Part shown: piece after piece, positions 9,130 through 16,946 of the stretch
How the letters are laid out: every line of letters starts with the position of its first letter
How positions within the stretch are numbered: the first letter of the stretch is position 1
NCBI RefSeq assembly: GCF_006345805.1
Contig: NW_021825022.1
Coordinates: 1-16,946, forward strand
Length of the DNA stretch: 16,946 nucleotides
Direction: 5' to 3'
Source of the DNA: Octopus sinensis
Lineage: Eukaryota
Notes under the pieces: model-generated
Databases searched by the model: none
Seen by the model: only the letters and a program-made list of their open reading frames with translations
Told to the model about the DNA's origin: nothing
Made by a program: the position numbers and the translations under genes

Positions 9130-9555
9130 GGTGCACTTTTTCTGTTTATTTGCTATTCAATTATCTGTTGTTTCTATCTAATATTTCTGATCTATCTAAT
9201 CCTTTCCTATCCATCTAATCTTTCTTTGTCTATTTTTTTCTATCCATTATTCGTTCTGTTCTCATTCCTCCATATGGTGGTCTCTCATCCCACTCTTAAT
9301 CCCGTTTCTTCCTGCTCAATCTGCAACATGGTTAACAAAAGAAAGAACGGCCGTCCCTGCTCATCGTGTTATCTGTTCTTTCATCTTTCTTATGTCTCCC
9401 TTTCCCGCCGCACTTTGGAACGTATTCCATCTTGGGTCTGTCCCGCCTGTCTTTCCGGCACCCCATCATTTTCATCCCCCATCAGCCACTGCCACTCTCG
9501 GCTCATCAAACAAACGTCGGCCACTTTGATGTTCCGGATCTTCCTGAGCAAATGA
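9130..9555 (+). mobile_element. Probable 5' end of a LINE: CT-rich leader plus decayed PHD-finger ORF
   Basis: CSIC...RPCSSC...FHLSY...WVCPAC (9313-9450) has PHD C4HC3 spacing, with one Cys read as Tyr (TAT 9391-9393). It is intronless and follows a low-complexity TCTATCTAAT-rich stretch. The PHD is seen directly; the LINE origin is inferred from PHD-bearing ORF1s of CR1/L2-type elements. Confidence 0.5.
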
Positions 9556-9857
9556 TTAAAACAGAGAGATAACAAGGAAAGGACAGCAATTATTAATTTC
9601 CGTGACTTTCGTTGAACGGAAGTCTACAAAATAATCAGACAATATTGGAATGTATTAGACGTTGTTGACAATCAAACGAGTCTGCCAACCCAACACTCCC
9701 AACATTGCTCAGGAAAGAAAGGACATGTTCTACCACTCAGTGAATACATTTCGACAACCAGAAATGCCGATTTGTGTGGTTTCGATTGTTTTTTGGTGGC
9801 TGCGAAGAGAGCACTTCAAACTGCTGATTAAATTAAGCGAATCGGCGTGTTGGACAG

Positions 9858-10333
9858 TCAGACCCTCCAAACGAAAGTCGAGTTGTGCATTTTCACAGCT
9901 TGTAGGTCAAGTCGAGACCGTTCTTTGTGGTCCTCGACTGAACAGGAATGTCTACTGGATGTGTGGACGTGCTGGGCTAGTAGACTGCACATGTCCCGGG
10001 CTTTGTTGACTCTGGGAATTATCACTCGACCCGACCTATCCTCCATTCTTTCAAATTGCTCAGTGTTTATTGACATTTTTGTTTCTAAGGATTCATTTCT
10101 GGCCTAAGAAGATGCTTCAAGTGAGAATAACCTTGTAGTCTCTCTTTCAATTGCTCGTTTTGCTTGACGTAGCAGTTTATTTCCATGTCCTATGGCTGAT
10201 TAAAGTCGATTCGAACTTTGTTGTTCAATTCTAGCAAGGGCTGTTGTCTTTCCTTAGTCAACTTTTCTCCATCCTTTAACAACTTTTCACAAATCTGCTT
10301 TATTTTATTGCAGTTCAAATTTTCTTGGAGCAT
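9858..10333 (-). pseudogene. Decayed coiled-coil protein gene fragment, family not identified (weakly taxilin-like)
   Basis: MLQENLNCNKIKQICEKLLKDGEKLTKERQQ...QP*DMEINCYVKQNEQLKERLQ, then ARNESLETKMSINTEQFERMEDR. Candidate 28- and 24-nt GT-AG introns; internal stop and frameshift. Confidence 0.4.
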
Positions 10334-10493
10334 CAAAAGAAACACAACAAAATATTTTGACGGTTAAAAGGCGGCAAAAATCAAACACTTTCTGACATTT
10401 TATTGTTTAAAATAAACATATATTTAACAAAACTAAAAAACATATAAACTAAATTAATTAAAAAAGTTTAATTTCGAAAAATAAGGGAGTTGA

Positions 10494-10957
10494 TTACAAC
10501 TGTAGACTGGGAATGTTAGTAAGCAAATTAAACCAGAACTGGGGAATGGTGAACATATTTTCCCATTTCCGTGACAGTGGTGGAGTGCATAGGCAGTGCA
10601 CAGTCCGTCCACCTAAATGAGTAGTTTCCCCCTCAATTTGAATTTCCATCAATTTATCAATTGGACTGACATAAATTGTCCCCGTGGGCACTGAGGATAC
10701 TGTCCAGGAAAGAGATAAAAGTTGGTCAAGTCAGAGGGAAGGACATATTTGTTGAGTGAGTAAGGACAGTATCACATTCCACTCCTCGATTTGAGTAATG
10801 GACACTCCATACCCCCCAGATTTATCATCGACTGTCACGAAGGGGAGTCTGTCTGAGAAAAGTCACGGAAAATGTACTCAGGTAAGTTAGTGCGCTCTCC
10901 AGGAGTGATTCACTAGACTGCATGTCGTTCGGTTTTCCCCGACAGGATGTTTTCCAT
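10494..10957 (-). pseudogene. Unidentified disrupted reading frame
   Basis: About 150 codons are readable across two frameshifts and one TGA (ESLLESALTYLSTF...GGYGVSITQIEEWNVIL...PTGTIYVSPIDKLMEI...). GC content is above the flanks. No family recognised. Confidence 0.3.
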
Positions 10958-10971
10958 TTTTATTGATTTAG

Positions 10972-11960
10972 AACATTCTGGAAGGCGACCAACTTCCCTC
11001 CATTTCCCAACTCAAGACTGACCCAACATTCGTGGTGGAGGTAATCCACAACCAGCAGTTCCCCATCCTCCACTTGCTGGTCGAGTATGGCTTCACTACG
11101 TCTGGTCGGTCTCTGGGTACTCCTTCAGGCATATTCCAGTCTCGGGGGCCACTGCTCTTATTGCTGCGGGCCAGTTCTACGAGATCACTGTTGGCCAAGG
11201 ACTCGGATCCGAACGAATTCGACTTGCACTACTCCCCTCATGTACGCAGTCAGGGAGAACGACACAGCACTCGTCCGACTACTCCTCCGATATGGAGCCT
11301 CCACCACAGTGCCTCCCAAGCCGGAAAAGTCGTCGGAGAGTGGGTGGTCAGTTGTAGTCTCGCCGTGTGTTTGCAAGTGTGGGGCAGTGCAGAAGGGGAC
11401 ACCCATTCACGTATGCCCTCTCTCCATTGATAGGAGGACGCCTATGAGAATCCATCATTCTTAGTATTCGTGAAAAGAACGTCGAGTTGCTTAAATTATT
11501 GATGGAGTACAGGCAATACATTCTCCACAGTGTTGTTAATGACTATAGTGCTCTCATTGAGGCAGTCAAGTACCGGTCGGATCAGATCATCGACGTGCTG
11601 TTGGAGATGCCTGGTTGTCCACCCAGACTGACTGTGTTTAGATGTGGTCAGTGGAATTAATGATGTCTGTGGGTCTGGCCTAAAGACGGCTCTGTCCATA
11701 GCGTGCAAACACGGGCATTCAGACATTGCAGAACGACTTATAGGACTGGAGGCGAATGTGGAGTTGGGTGGACGGACTGCCCTGATGGAAGCATGCCGAG
11801 ACAGTCACTCTACTGTTGGACAATGGGGCTAATCCTTGTGCCCAGACACACCTATCTACGGTCATGTTTGCTGCGGAAACTGATTCCGTGTTGGTCATGT
11901 CCACTTCCATGCAGCGCTTGACTCTCGAGACCGGTATATCTCGTATATTTGTGGCTTAAA
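10972..11960 (+). pseudogene. Ankyrin-repeat gene copy, MASK/ANKHD1-like repeats, multiply frameshifted
   Basis: TPLMYAVRENDTALVRLLLRYGA; SALIEAVKY; KTALSIACKHGHSDIAERLIGLEANVELGGRTALMEACRDSH / LLLDNGANPCAQT, resembling MASK ADIELGxSTPLMEA. Micro-introns at 11411-11433 (23 nt) and 11614-11641 (28 nt). At least four frameshifts or deletions. Confidence 0.8.
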
Positions 11961-12379
11961 GTCTGGCAGGTCAGCACAGGACATACAGGTCGTGCTTTCC
12001 CCGATCACCAAGTCCAACTCAGTGCATGTCCTCAGTCTATACCTTCCCAACAAACCACAACTGAGAATAGACGTCAAAGTACAGTTTTGCGAGACAACTG
12101 GCATCGACGGCCTCCTGGAAGTATTGGTGAACTGATGTGCAGATGAGAGTGTTGATGTAGTCGTGTCCTCCGCACTGATTCCCGCAAATGAAGCAGCAAT
12201 CAGTCTCCAACACGATTGGGGACCCGACGTATCAGACATTCCTAAATTGGAGGTCGAATGGCTCCTCTTTCATCATTTGTTGTTTTGTTAAAATCCCTGC
12301 CTGTCGCACATGTCGCTATTACTTGGCCAACTTATTTCGATTACTCGCAAGTTAAGTGATTTTGATATTATTCTAATAA

Positions 12380-13380
12380 TTAAACTAAATTGATTTCTGT
12401 CTTGGTCGTCTATCTCCAGTCCAGATTCGGAGATATTCGGTTTCCATGTCAGGCATAGAAACAGATAGAAAATTTGTTTTTACCTACTTGCATGCTCTTC
12501 ATTGTCATCCCAATCACAACCGATTATGTCTTAATCATTTTCTATTTTGAGACAATTCCGTCCCATCAAGACAGGATCTCATTTTTGAACTATTCCCTGT
12601 TCAACTAATGTTGATAATTCTCGTCTTTTAGAGATATTCTGTTATTTTCAGTTTTAATTGTCGTGCCTGAGTGCGTTGTGCTTCTTGGTCTTCCTAATTG
12701 TGTCGTGTGAAATTATAACTTGTGAGCATTCTGCCACATTTTGTAGTAAGATGGTCAGCTGTTCTCTTTGTTGATTTACAATGATCGAATAACAATTTCA
12801 GTCTAGCGTAAATACAGCATTCCTCAGTTAAAAAAAAGCTATTTCCCTGTATTAGTGACCCTCCAGATTCAAATTTACGTCCGTATTTTCTAGACTCTTA
12901 ATTGTCGGTTTATTTTCATTTACTTCTAGCAGATCTCCTTCTGTTCTTTGGACGCCCATCTCTTTGCATTGCCAATGTTTCAATAGACAAATCGACAATA
13001 TAGAATTGCTTTGCTAATTGGGGAGTTGTCTTCTTACTTGATTCACGATGATGGTATTCACTGCAGGCACACTCAGGCACTTGAATAGCACAGAATGGGT
13101 TGACTTGTCGTTGATTCGTTCTAGTAAAAATTTCTTTGTATTTCTTTGGCAGTTTCGAGGTTTACCCAAAGGAATCCTTAATTCCGAACGACATGTTCTA
13201 CCATCGTGGATTCACGGCATAATCCAGAATTAGACTTTGGCCACATTCACATTCACATTGTATTGGATATGGCTGTATTCGAGAGGGCTCTGTTGGGGTG
13301 ATTGGAAATGTTTACACAAACTGTTTTTTGGATTGTCTTAGCATTTGCCTGTGATATTCTCCTCTAGTTGAGATCATATA
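12380..13380 (-). pseudogene. Decayed multi-exon gene fragment, unidentified
   Basis: Readable blocks (GRTCRSELRIPLGKPRNCQ...AVNTIIVNQ | QSNSILSICLLKHW...; QQREQLTILLQNVAECSQ | EDQEAQRTQARQLKLKITEYL*) are joined by 24- and 26-nt GT-AG introns. Several stops and frameshifts. Confidence 0.4.
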
Positions 13381-14150
13381 TAAAAACATTAATTTATTGT
13401 CGAGAAATTAACTGTGTAATAACAGAAATTAGAGAAATACAAGCATAAGTAAAAACAGGCCAATCTGACACTCTGGAAAGGGAATTGTGAATTGTATCAT
13501 ATAAAGTACGAGGGTTACTTTCCAGCACATTGCTATCCGTTCTTCGAAACAGTCGAAATGTACACCACTCGATTCCTTCATAACTTCCCGCTATAATTCA
13601 AATACTTTATTTACAAACACTTTGAACAAATTAATTATCACATATAAAATAAACTCGTCGACACTAATTTGTAATCCTCTGCACAGTGTCAAAAAAATCT
13701 TAATAATTATCTCAAAAAAACACGATAGGAAATTTTCAGAATTGTTCATTAATTTTCTTATTTTTGAACAAATTTAACCACTTTTAAATTCATGTTTAAA
13801 ATTAATATTAAATTTAGTTAATTTCAAATAAAAATATATTTCAGCGTGTTTGTTGTGTTTTGTATTCCTAATTCTCTAGGCCAATAATAACAGCACATGC
13901 CTAAATTTTCAGATTTTAATTTTGATCTCCGAATATTAAAAGTGTCAAAATTGGTTGTTGTATTGACAGGGAATAGAAGATCTCGGATGGGCCGAACCAT
14001 CCCCAATCCAAGAAAAGATAATTTCGGCGATATCGTGTTTTAGCGTCTTAAAATCATAAGGGACCAATTTTGATTAGAAATCGCAAATAAATTAATATTA
14101 TTATACTATTTTTTAAAAATTATTATAATTAAATTTATATGTACAATACT

Positions 14151-14162
14151 GTGGCAACCCTA
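14151..14162 (-). mobile_element. Orphan hAT-like terminus (TAGGGTTGCCAC)
   Basis: GTGGCAACCCTA lies in the same orientation as the 16206 end, so it is not that end's inverted partner. No matching partner was found in the window. Confidence 0.45.
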
Positions 14163-16206
14163 AATTAAAATTTTTTTAAAACTACATTTTTTTTTTAAAA
14201 CTACATTTTTTTGATTTAAATCAGATTTTTTTGAATTAAATGATCTTTATTTCAAAACGACCCTTTCCACCTGGCTTATCAGAGAACCTCTCTCTTTGTA
14301 CATAAACACTGAAAAACGGCCACGCAGAACGATCTATCGTAGTTCCTTATGTCCACCGGGATCACTTAACTAGTTTGCATTACGCTTTCTTTCTTTGTGG
14401 TCTTCGGGTTAATAAATAAAAAAATATTTCAAAGCGAACTAAAATAAAAAACAAAAACAATGGAAATCGTTTTTATTTATTTAAAAGCTTGTAAATGGAA
14501 ACAAGTTTGGCTGCTTTTTCGATCCCCAGCCTATTGCGTACATTTGAATGTAGAAATCCGAATGTTGAAAAGATTCTTTCTATTCCACCTGTCGAAGCAA
14601 CTGCTCCAAGAATTTTTTTGCATAGTGAAATTACTTGTGAAGGTAACTGGTATGAATTCGACTCCCACCAAGCTATAGGTGATACTTTACTCAATAAATT
14701 CGGAGCAAACATGTATTGTTTAAATGGATCAGCTTTTGCTCTGAAATTAATCAGAGTCGGAAGTGCATATTCATAATTTTGAGCACAATAACTCAATGCA
14801 ATGTCAATCTCAACATTTGAAAGAGATTTCCCACTACATGTCGGGTCGATCAATTTGCAAGTAAGTGGAAAGGTGTTAATGCTTGTTTTGCTCGAATTCT
14901 CACTTTTCCTAAAATATTCGTACATCCATTGTCAATATATGTCTGTTCAAGTTCTTTCCAAATTTCTACAGCATGACTAATCGTGGTAGAATCATTCTGA
15001 ATTTTATCTAAAGCGACAGCAATTGGTTTAATAAGCATCAGATATTCTTCAACGCGTCGTTTTAGGGAAATATTTTGGACCTTGGAAAAAATCTCTGTAT
15101 CAATATCCGTTCTGTGTTCCTCACAAGTTCTCAAAATAATAGACCAATTATCCAGATAAGATTGAAAACAGTCTGATAAAGTGTTCCACCGTACATCAAT
15201 CGGAAGAACGAGTTTTTTTCCTCCATTAGATTTGTACCATGCAGCTGGAAGATGGACGTTTCGGAAATATTTATTGATTGTTACAATAGTTCCTTTAACG
15301 TCCGCTACCTCGACATCCTTCACAAGAAGGTTGAGATAATGTGCCGAGCAACCATAAGTAATTATTTCATTGCCATCTTCCATCATTATCCGTCTCATTT
15401 TAGTCATGTTGGCAGCATTATCCGTTACAAGACTGCCGATTTTACATCCAAACCGTTGTTCAGCCAATTGTGCGGAGGCTAAAGCAACAGATTGAAGATA
15501 TTCCGCAGTGTGGCTATATCCAGAAGTGTCCACAGTGTCAATGAGATAATTTTCCCCATCTGATGTCACAACCGAGACACAAATAACGGGTTCATTATGA
15601 ATGTTGCTCCACCCGTCCAACATCATAGACACTGTTTTGTCCTGGAGTCTTTGTCGACAGTCTTCATGTATTTGGTCGTACACATGATCAAGTAATGTAC
15701 CACCAATTTGATGACGAGAGGGTAAACGATACCCAGGAAGAAGCATTTGGACGAATTTGACAAATTCGGGATGTTCTACAGCAGCAAACGGAGTGTTTGT
15801 AGAAAATATGTATCTAGCGAGTTGCAGATCCATCAAATCTTTCTTAGATGAAGTCGTCGTAGTTACGAAATTGATTAATGAATGGTCCTTCATCCTTGGA
15901 GGAAATTCGCTTTCAGGTCTCGGCATATTTTTAGGGATATCAATATTACTTCGACATAATAAATGATGCTGCCTCATCCGAGATACAAGACCTTGTATGT
16001 CCTTCCCACAATTACGACATCTGGCACGGCTTCCGGTCTTTCCAGGAATAATACGTTTATCAAAATAAGCCACAAAGAATCACGCTTTCTTCCAGACATT
16101 TAAAAAAATTTAAATGATTTTTTTGATTTTTTTGATTTTTTTTAATGATTTAAATCATTGATTTTATTGTTGATTAAAATCAAATGATTTAAATCTAACA
16201 ACCCTG
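14163..16206 (-). mobile_element. hAT DNA transposon (BED finger/DUF659 type)
   Basis: Right terminus CAGGGTTGTTAGATTTAAATC (minus strand, 16206-16186). Clustered palindromic TGATTTAAATCA and GATTTTTTT subterminal motifs at 16110-16200. One GATTTAAATC remains at 14213-14222. The left TIR was not found, so the left boundary is approximate. Confidence 0.85.
14473..16099 (-). CDS. hAT transposase, ~540 aa if two single-base deletions are corrected
   Basis: ATG 16099: MSGRKRDSLW / AYF...ARCRNCGKDIQGLVSRMRQHHLLC (BED finger), LDGWSN, VTDNAANM, CSAHYLNLL, DVRWNT, WWES, STGGIERIFS (DDE triad and dimerisation domain). Frameshifts near 16070 (GGG>GG) and 14852 (TTT>TT). Confidence 0.92.
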
Positions 16207-16946
16207 ATACAAATAATGTGTATAAGAGTATCGATGTCTCCGGGGACAAGAGAATTACAAACTTTAAGAAAATGATAACATTGTTTGTACTAATCAATAA
16301 AAAATAAATGTTTACTTTTTTTTCTTGGGCCAGTGTAAATGCAAATTGCCGTAAGGGATAAAAATCCCCGAGACAGTATTTAAGAATGTCCCACAATGCC
16401 TGAAATAAACTGAGAACAAATAACTTAATTGAGTCTACAGGAAGACGATAACTGCCCGAACAGTAGACAATAATAATTCACCAACTTGACAGTTTTGGGG
16501 GATATTTCAATCTGGGAATCGGCAAGCTGTAAATTTAGACAAAAATATGTTCACCAGTAATGGTTTCATTAATTTTTGATAGACGCTTATCAAATAGCAA
16601 AGTTCCTCTTCCCGATTTAAATAAAGGGGACTAAAAACCTGTAATAAAAGCATAAATACGTGGATTGGGATAGATTTGTGTCCCCCAACTCAGAAATAGA
16701 CTCGGAAACAGATTCGTAGTTATCAAATGTGGTCTCATGAAATAAAAAATCAATGTATCGTTCAATTATACTCTGTTATGTTAATTCATCCAACTTTACC
16801 TTGTAAAAATTGGTCAATTTCTCAATGTTGTCAACAACTAGCAAATCTCTGAAAGCTCTTACGGCTTGTTTAGAACAGAGGGCTGAAATCAGCAGACGAT
16901 CTTGAGAGAACTATCGAGGAACAGAGGGACTTGAAGCGATTAACAA
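16207..16946 (-). pseudogene. TTC7: Duplicated internal segment of TTC7 (copy of 8296-8990), runs off the window end
   Basis: Manual alignment shows about 16 substitutions over ~665 nt, all micro-introns retained, one 1-nt deletion and a 46-nt insertion at 16873-16928. It starts at the base immediately after the hAT terminus. Confidence 0.93.
16873..16928. repeat. 10-nt target duplication (16873-16882, 16919-16928) flanking a 36-nt insert
   Basis: GAACAGAGGG occurs twice around CTGAAATCAGCAGACGATCTTGAGAGAACTATCGAG. The paralogous empty site (GGAACAGAGGGACTTGG, ~8961-8977) has a single copy. Confidence 0.95.

Noticed and set aside
10882-10902. Textbook-looking 21-nt GTAAGT...CAG intron
   Set aside because: No credible plus-strand exons flank it, and the region reads better as a minus-strand frame.
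10601-11779. 13-nt inverted match (10601-10613 vs 11767-11779, GGTGGACGGACTG)
   Set aside because: A few 13-mer matches are expected by chance in 17 kb on both strands.
11895-12239. SOCS box after the ankyrin repeats (SGPQSCWRLI)
   Set aside because: It is on the opposite strand to the ankyrin repeats and lacks the LxxLCR pattern.
13985-14002. GGATGG/CCATCC hairpin as a Helitron 3' end
   Set aside because: No CTRR terminus at the expected distance on either strand.
458-15966. Many short ORF-track entries (e.g. 458-718, 548-763, 3926-4144, 4167-4370, 5006-5188, 8208-8396, 8899-9105, 11496-11726, 14495-14776, 15252-15482, 15757-15966)
   Set aside because: These are antisense or off-frame shadows of the genes and transposase described above.
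508-16928. CRISPR array interpretation of the repeat-35 nt-repeat units; TTCTACT...GTAGA at 4781-4803 resembles a Cas12a repeat stem
   Set aside because: Each unit has only two repeats, the three repeats are unrelated to each other and derive from local target sequence, there are no cas genes, and the DNA is eukaryotic.

Overview
AT-rich eukaryotic, almost certainly metazoan, genomic DNA with extremely short spliceosomal introns (23-40 nt). This architecture is reported for dicyemid mesozoans; the taxon is my inference. Two genes have clean spliced reading frames: a complete 6-exon 1-Cys peroxiredoxin (PRDX6, 5011-5817, minus) and a TTC7/Ypp1-family TPR gene (6956-~9080, minus, 13 micro-introns, 5' end not found). 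Between them lies a compact box C/D snoRNA resembling U35/snR73 and a weaker H/ACA candidate. The rest is a patchwork of decayed, mostly intron-retaining gene copies (COPA, NAF1, a MASK/ANKHD1-like ankyrin gene, a ~97-98% identical TTC7 duplicate, unidentified fragments) and transposon remnants (LINE RT, LTR integrase, Charlie-type hAT, PHD-type LINE ORF1), plus a near-intact BED/DUF659 hAT element (14163-16206). The most unusual signal is three independent 34-36 nt inserts, each flanked by a 10-20 nt direct duplication of the target. One matches the NAF1 copy in this window at 23/24 nt, and the other two contain shorter pieces of the same NAF1 stretch. All calls are by eye; no searches were run.
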